DNA of 64,000 nucleotides from Candidatus Lloydbacteria bacterium RIFCSPHIGHO2_02_FULL_50_18 (GCA_001821395.1 MHLM01000003.1:46151-110150), one strand, 5' to 3'; positions 17,765 through 27,882 are shown, numbered from the stretch's first letter. The notes: generated by a model not told the origin, from the sequence alone. A program made the numbers and translations.

Positions 17765-18025
17765 TTAGACAGGGAAGACCTGCTTTCCTGTTGTATCAAA
17801 AAGAAGGATCGCTTTGGTGGGGCAGGATTCAGCTGCAGCCATTAGGGTTGCATCGTCTGCGGCATTCGGGTCGATCGCAACGACCTTGCTCTCCTCATCG
17901 AGCTGGAACGTCGCATCAGAAACGGCGATACATGATATTGCCGAAATGCAGAGGTCACGGTCGATGACGATCTTACTGATCGCCGATCCCTCCTTTGTGC
18001 GCGGATATTCTCGTTTTTCAGACAT
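17765..18025 (-). CDS. ferredoxin (single-cluster 4Fe-4S/3Fe-4S type)
   Basis: 86 aa. Cys pattern DRDLCISAISC...ESCP. Confidence 0.65.
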   Translation of the reverse strand: MSEKREYPRTKEGSAISKIVIDRDLCISAISCIAVSDATFQLDEESKVVAIDPNAADDATLMAAAESCPTKAILLFDTTGKQVFPV

Positions 18026-18061
18026 AGTGCTGTAAATTATTGGATTAATATTATCGTCCTC

Positions 18062-18337
18062 TTACGTGAGTACGATCTCCCTGATCTCCGGCACCTCTTC
18101 ATTGAGGAGCGTTTTGACCACTTTATTATACGTGAGAGACGCAAGCGGGCATTGTGCACAACTTCCTTCGATCCGAAGCGTGAGTATTTCACCCACAATT
18201 CCGGATACCCACACATCGCCGCCGTGCGATTGGATATACGGTCGTACGCGAGCGATGACCGCATGGACGCGTTCCTCCAGAGAAAGCAGTGATGGGGCGG
18301 CAAGCTCCTTTTCCTGTGTGATCGATCCCTGTTCCAT
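18062..18337 (-). CDS. NifU-like (Nfu) Fe-S cluster assembly domain protein
   Basis: 91 aa. VRPYIQSHGGDVWV...GSCAQCPLA motif characteristic of the NifU C-terminal domain. Confidence 0.75.
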   Translation of the reverse strand: MEQGSITQEKELAAPSLLSLEERVHAVIARVRPYIQSHGGDVWVSGIVGEILTLRIEGSCAQCPLASLTYNKVVKTLLNEEVPEIREIVLT

Positions 18338-18574
18338 GCGTGAATTTTACACTATTTTAGGTGACTCTCCAACGTTCGCGAGTTCGATTTTCCTCATATT
18401 TGACGCGTGCCTTAAGCGGGCACGTCGTGGAAGTAAGGAATATGTGTTACTGTGTGGTAACGAAGCAAGAATCGGTAGCAGTGGGCAACAAGATATCATG
18501 GTATGGAAAAGCTTCCAGCCTTTTTCTTTTATACGGAATGAATGCCCCAAGACCGAGTGATTTATTGATTACCC

Positions 18575-19162
18575 ATGAACAGCACCCCTATGATCTACAC
18601 AAAAAAACTGAAAGAAGCGATTACGTTCTCGATCAAGACCCATGAGGTCTATCAGAAGCAGAAGCGCAAAGGAAAGGACATTCCCTATATTACCCATCCG
18701 CTCACTGTGGGGCTCATCTTGGCGCATGCGGGTGCGAGCGAGGACGTCATCATTGCGGGGATACTCCACGACACGGTCGAAGATAGTTCTCCGGAGAAGA
18801 GTGTGTCAAAAGAAATGATCGCTGAGCGATTTGGGGAGAGTGTTGCCGCACTTGTCATGAGTGTGACGGAAGAAGACCAGTCACGCCCCTGGGAGGTAAG
18901 AAAAAATGACGCGCTGGAACATATCGCCCATTTCTCGCACGGCTCATTACTCGTGAAGTCTGCAGATACCATTTCGAATGTCTCGGAGATCATGGATGAT
19001 CACCGCAAGGATGGCGATGATATGTTCGCACGTTTTCATTCCTCAAAGGAGCGCACCGTTGCGAATTATCTTGAGGTGACGAAACGCTTACTGTTGCGTT
19101 GGCCGGAGAGCCCGCTCGCGAAAGACTTGAAACATATTCACGACCAGTTGCTTGTCGTCTGA
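18575..19162 (+). CDS. HD-domain hydrolase, RelA/SpoT-hydrolase-like (small alarmone hydrolase-like)
   Basis: YITHPLTVGLILA...ILHDTVEDS motif. Confidence 0.7.
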   Translation: MNSTPMIYTKKLKEAITFSIKTHEVYQKQKRKGKDIPYITHPLTVGLILAHAGASEDVIIAGILHDTVEDSSPEKSVSKEMIAERFGESVAALVMSVTEEDQSRPWEVRKNDALEHIAHFSHGSLLVKSADTISNVSEIMDDHRKDGDDMFARFHSSKERTVANYLEVTKRLLLRWPESPLAKDLKHIHDQLLVV

Positions 19163-19238
19163 TGCGCTCATTGTTGAGCTTGACCCCCGCGTGCGCATTA
19201 CCTCCGTCTATTCAGAGAAAAATTAAGACGCTATACTT

Positions 19239-19781
19239 GTGCATATGATGAATAACCTATCGCGACACGTCGCGGGCTTGGAGCAGTTTCTGTTTACCAA
19301 TAAAAAGAGCGCAGTGATATGGTTTGTTATTCGCCTCTATCTCGCGAATATTTGGCTTTCCGCGGGGTATGCAAAATTCATCAATCCCGCCTGGGTCGGC
19401 GCGGATGCGGGAAAGGGCATCATGGGCTTTGTCTCCGGTGCACTACAGAAAACGGGGGGTGCACATCCGGATGTCATGCTTTGGTATGCCTGGTTTCTTA
19501 CACATTGCGTCGCCCCATACCCGCTCTTCTGGTCGTATGCGATCACCTTCGGAGAGGTCGCGGTCGGACTCGGACTTCTTTTTGGTGTACTGACCGCGTT
19601 CGCATCGGGCGCCGGACTGCTCATGAATTTTAATTTTCTCTTCTCCGGTGCTGTAAGTGTGAATCCTATTATGATATTACTCGGTATCCCGCTTCTTCTT
19701 GCATGGAGAGTGTCGGATACGATCGGCGTGCAGCGTTTCCTTGCGGCTTTTTTTCGTAAAAAAACCCCAAAGCGAAGATAA
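19239..19781 (+). CDS. DoxX-like integral membrane protein
   Basis: 180 aa, four hydrophobic segments. DoxX-like N-terminal RLYLANIWLSAGYAK. Confidence 0.45.
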   Translation: MHMMNNLSRHVAGLEQFLFTNKKSAVIWFVIRLYLANIWLSAGYAKFINPAWVGADAGKGIMGFVSGALQKTGGAHPDVMLWYAWFLTHCVAPYPLFWSYAITFGEVAVGLGLLFGVLTAFASGAGLLMNFNFLFSGAVSVNPIMILLGIPLLLAWRVSDTIGVQRFLAAFFRKKTPKRR

Positions 19782-19857
19782 AGATGGTTTGCACCCAAAT
19801 GAGTGAAGAAGGCGTATACATGCTGTAGTTTCATTAACCGCTTTAATTTGTATCGCT

Positions 19858-20259
19858 ATGGAAGAAAAACAAGTAGGATCGGAAAATTCAGGAAGCGGAA
19901 CATGTCACGCTGTAGGTTCATGCGCCAGTACGTGCGAGCACATGCATAAGCTTTGTTTCAGGCACTGCTGCATGGTGAAATGCTTCGCGATCATTATCGT
20001 GCTCGCGGTGGTATTTGGTGCGGGATTCTGTGCCGGCTCCCACGGATTATACCGCCATCATCTGCGCGGTGGGTATCAGAATTATGAGCAGCGATACGGT
20101 CAGTTCGACCAGTATGGCGGTCAATTTCGGGGGATGATGGGTGTTGAAGGGTATCAGAATTCCGGAAGGAATATGATGTATCGTGTCTCGGGTACTCCGA
20201 GCGTTACGGTTTCGACTCCACCTGTTGTACCGGTCATCATTCCTGCTCCTGTCCAGTAA
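19858..20259 (+). CDS. Cys-rich small membrane protein with Gly/Tyr/Gln-rich tail, unknown function
   Basis: 133 aa. CxxxxxCxxxC...CC...C cluster before a TM helix. Confidence 0.4.
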   Translation: MEEKQVGSENSGSGTCHAVGSCASTCEHMHKLCFRHCCMVKCFAIIIVLAVVFGAGFCAGSHGLYRHHLRGGYQNYEQRYGQFDQYGGQFRGMMGVEGYQNSGRNMMYRVSGTPSVTVSTPPVVPVIIPAPVQ

Positions 20260-20284
20260 CATCTTTTCTGTTCACAACGGAACA

Positions 20285-20312
20285 AAAAACACCGAAAGGT
20301 GTTTTTTGTTTT
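20285..20312 (+). terminator. Rho-independent terminator
   Basis: aaacacc-gaaa-ggtgttt hairpin plus T-run. Confidence 0.8.
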
Positions 20313-20446
20313 TCCGATCTCATCAATGAAGGGTGCGGTGAAAAGACTGTAAAATCTTTGACGAGCTCTTCTTTAATAAGGTTATGTGCTATAGTAATAA
20401 ATACATATATCGCGGTTCTTGATCGGTGGCTGTTCGCTGAGTTACT

Positions 20447-21163
20447 ATGGAAATCATCAAACATCATTTCATCAGGCATTTTCGATGGTACGGCGTATTA
20501 GTGATTTTTCCTGTCGGGCTTGTCTCCGGATTTCTTGCGGTAGCCGGGATGTCCGGTGACGCTGCTCCGGTGACGGTCTATTTTTCTCCGTCGCAAGAAA
20601 CGATCGCTTCCGGAACGATATTTGCGGTTGAGATGCGGCTTTCATCGGAGCGTTCGATCAATGCCGTAGGCGTCTCGATTGACTATCCACCGGAGATACT
20701 CGAGGTGCTTAAGGTGGAGAAGAGCGAGTCATTGCTTAATTTATGGATCGAGGAACCCGAATATACCAACCAACCCGGGCGTCTTTCCTTTTCGGGTGGC
20801 GTCTCTGAAAAAGGTGGTTTTCATGGTGAAGGTGCTCTTGTCTCCGTCATTTTTCGCGCTAATCAGCCCGGAGTCGCCCATGTTGCGGTGATAGGGGCAC
20901 AGGTACTTGCGCATGATGGGAAGGGTACCGCGCTTACTACGGAATTAGGTAAAGGCCGATACACGATCGGCACTATGGGGCGAATACCATCTGACCTTAA
21001 TGAAGACGGGAAGGTTGCCATGAGCGATGTGGCTAAGTTTGCTGAGCATTGGGGCACTCCCTACGACGCTTTTTATGACCTGAACGGAAACGGAAAGGTC
21101 GATCTCAACGATCTGCTGTTGCTGATCTTTGTTCTCGCACGTGGCGGTCATCCTTTATGGTGA
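20447..21163 (+). CDS. cohesin-like domain protein with C-terminal dockerin repeats, N-terminal membrane anchor
   Basis: Dockerin type I Ca-binding repeats DLNEDGKVAMSDV and DLNGNGKVDLNDLLLL. N-terminal TM helix. Confidence 0.6.
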   Translation: MEIIKHHFIRHFRWYGVLVIFPVGLVSGFLAVAGMSGDAAPVTVYFSPSQETIASGTIFAVEMRLSSERSINAVGVSIDYPPEILEVLKVEKSESLLNLWIEEPEYTNQPGRLSFSGGVSEKGGFHGEGALVSVIFRANQPGVAHVAVIGAQVLAHDGKGTALTTELGKGRYTIGTMGRIPSDLNEDGKVAMSDVAKFAEHWGTPYDAFYDLNGNGKVDLNDLLLLIFVLARGGHPLW

Positions 21164-21290
21164 ACAAGGAGCGGGACGTCGCGGCGTGAGTGCCGCGTTC
21201 TCGACAATCACCTTTCGGGTGAATTAAAACAACGCGCCCCCGCATTTTAATCTCCTTCAATTGTCACCGGGAGGCGTTCGGACGAAAGTA

Positions 21291-21782
21291 TTATCGGACA
21301 ATGAGCACGCAGAGCAGTCCGAAGACCACCTGAGCGAATGGTCCAAAGACGGGATACTGATCAAGGCTCTCTTTCGCGTGGATCCAATGATGAAAACGCT
21401 GAAGACTGACAAGTGGTTCATGTCGCCATTTGAAATAGACAAATTGCAGTGCATCCGGGAAAATTCCGCCGACTGCGCCGAGCAGTGTCGCCGAAAGAAA
21501 GTAGGGGGTGGATACATGGAAAAAAAGTACCGCAAGGCCGATGCCGAGTATGGCGTCACAGCCCATCTTGAAGAGATCGAGCGGAAAATCTTTATTGAGA
21601 ATGATATCCGAATTCATCGGGTCATTGTGATCGTGTCTGCTTGAGAGAAGTGCGTAATGCCAGTGGGGTATCGCGTCAAGAAAAAAATGACTGACAAAAC
21701 CGGCGACAAAACCCAGCACAGGGTGTCCGGGAAGAAGATTCGCGACCGCGGCTCCGGCGACTGCATGCGTGGCAAGTATCAT
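21291..21782 (-). CDS. membrane-bound metal-dependent hydrolase, YdjM/DUF457-like
   Basis: 163 aa. His/Asp motifs (SHFFLDAIPHWH) in hydrophobic context. Overlapping plus-strand ORF judged spurious. Confidence 0.45.
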   Translation of the reverse strand: MILATHAVAGAAVANLLPGHPVLGFVAGFVSHFFLDAIPHWHYALLSSRHDHNDPMNSDIILNKDFPLDLFKMGCDAILGIGLAVLFFHVSTPYFLSATLLGAVGGIFPDALQFVYFKWRHEPLVSLQRFHHWIHAKESLDQYPVFGPFAQVVFGLLCVLIVR

Positions 21783-21885
21783 GGAAGGATTATAGCAGGA
21801 GTGTGTGCTTTCTTCACGCGGGTGGCAGAAAAGAATTTCTTACATATTCGGCTCATAAAATGGTGGTATACTGGACGGATAGCGT

Positions 21886-23181
21886 ATGAGCGGTGCAATA
21901 ATAAAAAATATCGATGTGCTGGCTACGACACCGCTGCGCCGTGACGCGTTGTCTATTCTTGAGGCCGGTTATCAGGCTGTTCTGACCGAGCGCGTGGTGC
22001 GCGAGCAGGTGGAAATGAAGGGGAATGATATTTGTATCAAAGAGAATGCCATCTGCTTATCGGATTTCGACCGCATTTTTTTTGTCGGTATCGGAAAGTG
22101 CGCGGTTGACGCCGCGCTTGTGTTTGAGGATATTCTTGGTGATCACATCACCGACGGCATTGTGCTTGACGTGAAAGCGGGGAATTTTAAAAAGATCCGT
22201 TCCTTCATCGGAACGCACCCATTTCCTTCCGAATACAATGTTTCGGTGACGAAGAAGATCGTGCACATGCTTGAAAAAGCAACGGCCCGCGATCTCGTTC
22301 TCGTGGTGGTTTCCGGCGGAGGCTCCTCGCTGCTTTGCTTGCCTCATGAAATGCCGATCAGCAAGATCGAAGAGATCACCAAGGCGCTCTGGAAAGGCGG
22401 TGCGACGATCAGCGAGGTCAATACGGTGCGCAAGCATATTTCTGATATTGCCGGCGGGCAGCTCGCAAAGATACTCTATCCGGCGACCGTTGCCTCTTTT
22501 ATTTTTTCTGACGTCCCCGGCGACGACATGAGCGTAGTCGCGTCTGGTCCTACCGTGCGTGATGTCACCACCATCATGGACGCCGAGCATATCCTCGCAA
22601 AATATGACGTGCTCACTCACTGTCAATTTCCCAATTGCCAGCTTGTCGAGACGCCAAAAGATGAGAAATATTTTCAAAAGGTGACCAATGTCACTCTGGT
22701 GACCAACAAGACCGCACTTCTAGCGATGGAGGCACGCGCAAGAGCATTGGGCTATCAAGCCGAGATCCGCGATGCGGCGCTCGAGGGTATCGCCGCCGAT
22801 CTCGGTGCGGCGTTTGCCATCATGCCCATGCCACCCGCGTCTTGCTATCTCTATGGAGGAGAGACGACCGTTCATATTGCACACAACGCGGGAGAGGGTG
22901 GACGCAATCAGGAATTCGCATTAGGTGCAGTCTCCGTTATTCCTGACCACCGGGTTATTGTTGCGGCAGCGTCAGATGGATGGGATAATACTAGCGTCGC
23001 AGGGGCGATCGTGGACGCGGGAGATTGTAAGCGTGCAATGAATGCCGCGATCGACCCGAATACTTATCTTCGCGCAAATGATTCGTACCATTTTTGGAAG
23101 ACGAATGGCGGAGCGATCATCACTGGGCGAACCGGTATCAATGTAGCGGACTTTTATTTACTATTAAGCGAGAAAAAATGA
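21886..23181 (+). CDS. glycerate kinase, MOFRL family (glycerate 2-kinase-like)
   Basis: 431 aa. VVSGGGSSLL and VASGPT motifs. DUF4147/MOFRL architecture. Confidence 0.75.
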   Translation: MSGAIIKNIDVLATTPLRRDALSILEAGYQAVLTERVVREQVEMKGNDICIKENAICLSDFDRIFFVGIGKCAVDAALVFEDILGDHITDGIVLDVKAGNFKKIRSFIGTHPFPSEYNVSVTKKIVHMLEKATARDLVLVVVSGGGSSLLCLPHEMPISKIEEITKALWKGGATISEVNTVRKHISDIAGGQLAKILYPATVASFIFSDVPGDDMSVVASGPTVRDVTTIMDAEHILAKYDVLTHCQFPNCQLVETPKDEKYFQKVTNVTLVTNKTALLAMEARARALGYQAEIRDAALEGIAADLGAAFAIMPMPPASCYLYGGETTVHIAHNAGEGGRNQEFALGAVSVIPDHRVIVAAASDGWDNTSVAGAIVDAGDCKRAMNAAIDPNTYLRANDSYHFWKTNGGAIITGRTGINVADFYLLLSEKK

Positions 23182-23214
23182 CGCGGGTGAAGTATGGGCG
23201 TGTTGAATTATTAA

Positions 23215-25647
23215 GTGATTAATTTTAATGATGTGAATAAAACAGAGCAGACAATCTTATGGTTCGATCAGGTAGGGAATGACGATGTGCAGATCGTCGG
23301 CGGGAAGAACGCGTCACTTGGAGAGATGTATACCGCTCTTGCGAGTAAGGGTATTCGCGTCCCGAATGGGTTCGTTGTGACCGCGAAGGCATATCGGGAT
23401 TTCATTAATACGTCCGGACTTGTCGATATCATCAAAAAAGAGCTGACGGGTCTCGATACGACCAACATCAAGGCGCTGCAGAACGCCGGCAAGACGGTTC
23501 GCGCCGCATTTTTAAAGGTAGAATTTCCACAGACCTTGCGTGATGACATTACGAAGGCCTACGCAGAGATCTCGAAGTCCTATGGAGTGGAAGAGGCGGA
23601 TGTCGCAGTCCGCTCATCGGCGACCGCCGAGGACCTCCCCGGCGCATCATTCGCGGGTGAGCATGAGACCTATCTCAATGTGTACGGTGCCGAGCAGGTC
23701 ATCAAGAAGACCCGTGAGGCGATGGCATCACTGTTTAATGACCGCGCGATATCGTACCGAGTCGACAAAGGCTTCAGTCATTTTGACGTAGCGCTTTCTG
23801 TTGGTGTGCAAAAAATGGCTCGTTCAGACAAGGGTACTTCCGGCGTTATGTTCACCATTGATACGGAGACTGGTTTCCGTGACGTCATTGAGATCAATGC
23901 ATCGTACGGATTAGGCGAGATGGTCGTGCAGGGCAAGGTGACCCCGGACGAATTCATGCTCTTTAAGCCGACATTACGTGACGGCTTCAGGTCCATCGTC
24001 AAAAAATCACTTGGTGAGAAGAAGATGATGATGGTCTACACTGAGAAGCAGGATTCACCGGTCAAAGAGATCAGTGTCCCCGTTGCCGACCAGACAAGAT
24101 TTTCGCTCTCAGATGACGAGGTCATTGAGCTCGCACAGTGGGGAATGATCATTGAGGAGCATTACACCGCACGATTCGGCAAACCGACCCCGATGGACAT
24201 TGAATGGGCAAAGGATGGTGTGGACGGAAAGCTCTATATTGTGCAGGCACGTCCTGAGACGGTGCAGTCCGAGAAGAAGGGTTTCTCGATCACCGAATAT
24301 CTCTTGCAGAAGGGTGCACCGGAAGCATTGACGCACGGTATCTGTGTTGGAGGGAAGATCGCGACGGGGGTAGCGCGCGTCATTCTCTCAGCTTCGAAGC
24401 TTGAAGAATTCAAGAAGGGGGAGATCTTGATCACTGAAATGACCGACCCGGATTGGGAGCCGATCATGAAAATGGCATCCGCGATCATCACCGCAAAGGG
24501 TGGGCGTACGTCACATGCCGCGATTGTCTCCCGTGAGCTTGGAATCCCGGCCGTTATCGGTATCGGCATGGAGGAGATGGCAAAATTGAAGACCGGAATG
24601 GAGCTCACGGTGGATGCGTCATCAGGCTCAGTCGGCTATATCTACCCAGGCAAATTGAATTGGGAAGAGCGCGTTGAGGATCTCTCGCAGGTGCCGGAGA
24701 CAAAGACAAAGATCGCCATGAACGTCGGAAGTCCTGAGGCTGCATTCATGTATGCACATCTTCCCCACAAGGGCGTCGGATTGGCACGTGAGGAATTCAT
24801 CATCATGTCGCAGATCGGTATTCACCCAAAGGCACTCCTTGATTACGACAAGTTGGACAAGGATCTCAAGAAGAAGATCGACGCGCGCACGATAGGATTC
24901 CCCGATAAGGTAGAGTTCTACGTACAAAAACTCGCAGAAGGAATTGCGCAAATTGCCGCAGCGTCCTACCCGCATCAGGTCATTGTGCGCTTCTCAGACT
25001 TCAAGACCAACGAATACTGTACACTCCTCGGTGGCGAGGCATACGAGCCGAGCGAGGAGAACCCGATGCTCGGATGGCGTGGTGCGTCCCGATACTATGA
25101 TCCGAAATTCAAGGATGCGTTCAAACTCGAGTGTGATGCGATCTTGCGTGTGCGCAATACCTACGGACTCAAGAACCTCCACGTCATGGTACCGTTCTGC
25201 CGCACTCCGGAGGAAGGAAAGAAGGTACTCGCGACGATGGCGGAGTTTGGTTTGCGTAAGGATGAGGACGGATTGCATGTCTATGTGATGTGTGAGATCC
25301 CGTCAAATGTGCTTCGTGCCGATGAATTCCTTGATATTTTCGACGGTTTCTCGATCGGATCGAATGACCTCACTCAGTGTACCGTCGGATCCGACCGCGA
25401 TTCGGGTATCGTCGCAGGGATAACGAATGAGAAAGACCCGGCAGTAAAGCAATTGATCTCAATGGCGATCAAGTCATGTAAGGCGCGTGGAAAATACATC
25501 GGTATCTGCGGACAGGCACCATCCGACTTCCCGGACTTCCTGCGATTCCTTATTCAGGAGGGGATTGAAACTGTTTCGCTTAATCCCGATTCGATCATCC
25601 CGATGCTCTTTGAGGTCGCGGAAGAAGAGAAGCTACTTGGTCGATAA
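23215..25647 (+). CDS. ppsA: phosphoenolpyruvate synthase (pyruvate, water dikinase)
   Basis: 810 aa. N-terminal ATP-grasp region. Phosphohistidine domain GGRTSHAAIVSRELGIPAVIG. C-terminal PEP-utilising domain. Confidence 0.85.
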   Translation: MINFNDVNKTEQTILWFDQVGNDDVQIVGGKNASLGEMYTALASKGIRVPNGFVVTAKAYRDFINTSGLVDIIKKELTGLDTTNIKALQNAGKTVRAAFLKVEFPQTLRDDITKAYAEISKSYGVEEADVAVRSSATAEDLPGASFAGEHETYLNVYGAEQVIKKTREAMASLFNDRAISYRVDKGFSHFDVALSVGVQKMARSDKGTSGVMFTIDTETGFRDVIEINASYGLGEMVVQGKVTPDEFMLFKPTLRDGFRSIVKKSLGEKKMMMVYTEKQDSPVKEISVPVADQTRFSLSDDEVIELAQWGMIIEEHYTARFGKPTPMDIEWAKDGVDGKLYIVQARPETVQSEKKGFSITEYLLQKGAPEALTHGICVGGKIATGVARVILSASKLEEFKKGEILITEMTDPDWEPIMKMASAIITAKGGRTSHAAIVSRELGIPAVIGIGMEEMAKLKTGMELTVDASSGSVGYIYPGKLNWEERVEDLSQVPETKTKIAMNVGSPEAAFMYAHLPHKGVGLAREEFIIMSQIGIHPKALLDYDKLDKDLKKKIDARTIGFPDKVEFYVQKLAEGIAQIAAASYPHQVIVRFSDFKTNEYCTLLGGEAYEPSEENPMLGWRGASRYYDPKFKDAFKLECDAILRVRNTYGLKNLHVMVPFCRTPEEGKKVLATMAEFGLRKDEDGLHVYVMCEIPSNVLRADEFLDIFDGFSIGSNDLTQCTVGSDRDSGIVAGITNEKDPAVKQLISMAIKSCKARGKYIGICGQAPSDFPDFLRFLIQEGIETVSLNPDSIIPMLFEVAEEEKLLGR

Positions 25648-25653
25648 TTCATC

Positions 25654-26856
25654 ATGGCCACAATCACCGGAGTACATGCGGATGAGATCCGAGACTCGCG
25701 TGGAAATCCGACACTTGAAGTCACAATCACGACCGAGGAGTACTCTGCTCATGCGTCCGTTCCTTCGGGGAAAAGTTCCGGGACACGAGAGGCCTGTGAG
25801 TTGCGTGACGCAGACGGCGTCGGCGTGACCCGGGCAATAGCAAACGTGAACACGGTGATCCGCGATGCGTTATTGCACGTCACGATTGACTCGGCACAGA
25901 TCGATCGGCAATTGATCGCTCTTGACGGGACCAAGGATAAGCATCATCTTGGCGCCAATGCGATGCTCGGAGTTTCCATTGCGGTCATGCGTCTTGCTGC
26001 GAAAGAGAAGGCGATGCCGCTCTGGAAGTATATTGCGGAACTCGGGGGGTATACCCCGGGTTTTCCGCGTCTCTATATGAATATGCTGAATGGCGGTGCG
26101 CACTCCTCATTTCGGCTCCCGTTTCAGGAGTATATTGTTGCGGTTGGCGCGGCTGGTCCCCGGGAATCGTACGCGAAGGCGAATGCGATATTCGAGACCC
26201 TTGGCACATTGATCAGTGAACGCTATGGTGTTGTCCCAATGGGGGACGAGGGTGGGTATTCACCGGAAATGAACGGTATAGAAACACCTTTTGCACTCTT
26301 GAATGAGGCGATGGGGGCTGAAGCGATGGCATTTTTAGCCATTGATGCCGCCGCGTCGGAATTTTTCCACGATGGAAAATACGTGATCGAGGGCGCACCG
26401 CATAGTAGCGACGAGCTGTTCAAAATATATGAGGACCTGGTGAAGAAATTTCACCTGAAGAGCATTGAAGATCCGTTCGATGAAGTAGATTTTTCCACTT
26501 TTCATCGCATTACCACGGAACTCGGCACACGAGCGCTTATCGTGGGGGATGATCTGACCGTTACAAATCCCGAGATTACCAAAGAGATGATCGCGGAGCA
26601 TCGTGCGAACGGAATGATCATCAAACCTAATCAGGTGGGAACGCTCACGGAGGTGTTTGAAACAGTGCGTCTAGCAAAGGAAGCGGGATGGAAGCTTATA
26701 GCGAGCCATCGCTCCGGTGAGACTGAAGACACGTTCATTGCGGATCTCGCCGTGGGTATCGGTGCCTATGGTTTAAAGGCGGGTGCACCGACCCAAAAAG
26801 AACGCCGTGTAAAATACGAGCGTTTGATTGAAATAGAAAAAGAATTTACTCAATAG
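25654..26856 (+). CDS. eno: enolase
   Basis: N-terminal EIRDSRGNPTLEV and conserved enolase core; 400 aa. Confidence 0.9.
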   Translation: MATITGVHADEIRDSRGNPTLEVTITTEEYSAHASVPSGKSSGTREACELRDADGVGVTRAIANVNTVIRDALLHVTIDSAQIDRQLIALDGTKDKHHLGANAMLGVSIAVMRLAAKEKAMPLWKYIAELGGYTPGFPRLYMNMLNGGAHSSFRLPFQEYIVAVGAAGPRESYAKANAIFETLGTLISERYGVVPMGDEGGYSPEMNGIETPFALLNEAMGAEAMAFLAIDAAASEFFHDGKYVIEGAPHSSDELFKIYEDLVKKFHLKSIEDPFDEVDFSTFHRITTELGTRALIVGDDLTVTNPEITKEMIAEHRANGMIIKPNQVGTLTEVFETVRLAKEAGWKLIASHRSGETEDTFIADLAVGIGAYGLKAGAPTQKERRVKYERLIEIEKEFTQ

Positions 26857-26862
26857 TACTGA

Positions 26863-27882
26863 ATGTTCACTATGCGCATTGCTTATTTTTTCAACGAAGA
26901 GTGGGAAAGGGAATTTGTCGGTTCCCGACTTCCCGATCACACGTTTGATTTTTTTCAGGGAGCGGTGCGTGGAGAGGGCATTCCCGATCCGAGTGTCGAG
27001 GTGCTTTGCATCTTTGCGAATTCAAGGGTGGATAGTGCGGTGCTCGATCGGTTTCCCTCCGTTCGCATCGTGGCGACACGGTCGACCGGTTTCGATCATA
27101 TCGATCTTGAGGAGACGAATAAGCGTGGCATTGTTGTCGTCAATGTGCCCACTTATGGTGAGCATACGGTGGCGGAATTTGCTATGGCGCTCCTTCTTGC
27201 GCTCTCACGACGGATCTGCGATGCGCATCGCCGCGTCGAAACGACTGGTTCTTTTTCCCAGGAAGGATTGCGTGGTTTTGACCTGAAGGGGAAAACGATT
27301 GGTATTGTCGGTACGGGCCATATCGGGGCCCACATGATCCGTCTCGCACGTGGGTTCGATATGAATGTCGTTGCATATGATGCGTATCAAAAAGCTGACC
27401 TTGCGGCCGAGTTTGGTTTTCGTTACGTCTCGCTTGATGAACTGCTCGCATGTGCCGATATCATCTCTCTGCACGCTCCCTATAATGAGCAAACACACCA
27501 TTTGATCAACGCCGAAAACATTTCACGTATCAAGCGCGGAGCGTATCTTATCAACACTGCACGAGGCGGACTGGTCGATTCTATGGCGCTCGCAAAGGCG
27601 CTTGAGGCGGGCATCATCGCAGGGGCAGGGCTCGATGTGATCGAGGAAGAGGGGCACATGGAGGATGAGGTTGGACTTATTGTGATGGAGCATCCCAATG
27701 AGGCAAGACTTCGTGCACTATTGGCGAACCACTATTTTATCCGTCATCCGCGTGTCATCTTGACCGCTCATATCGCGTTCAATACGGAAGAGGCAATCGA
27801 ACGTATCCTTTCTACGACCGTCGAGAACATCAAGGACTTTGTTGGGGGTACGCCGAAAAATGTTGTCACGCATGCGCGTTAG
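26863..27882 (+). CDS. D-isomer-specific 2-hydroxyacid dehydrogenase (glycerate/hydroxypyruvate reductase or D-lactate dehydrogenase-like)
   Basis: NAD-binding GIVGTGHIGAHM. Catalytic R/E/H region typical of the family. Confidence 0.8.
   Translation: MFTMRIAYFFNEEWEREFVGSRLPDHTFDFFQGAVRGEGIPDPSVEVLCIFANSRVDSAVLDRFPSVRIVATRSTGFDHIDLEETNKRGIVVVNVPTYGEHTVAEFAMALLLALSRRICDAHRRVETTGSFSQEGLRGFDLKGKTIGIVGTGHIGAHMIRLARGFDMNVVAYDAYQKADLAAEFGFRYVSLDELLACADIISLHAPYNEQTHHLINAENISRIKRGAYLINTARGGLVDSMALAKALEAGIIAGAGLDVIEEEGHMEDEVGLIVMEHPNEARLRALLANHYFIRHPRVILTAHIAFNTEEAIERILSTTVENIKDFVGGTPKNVVTHAR

Noticed and set aside
21261-21644. 127-aa plus-strand ORF overlapping the YdjM-like gene
   Set aside because: The minus-strand product has a coherent membrane-hydrolase motif pattern; the plus-strand translation is charged and motif-free.
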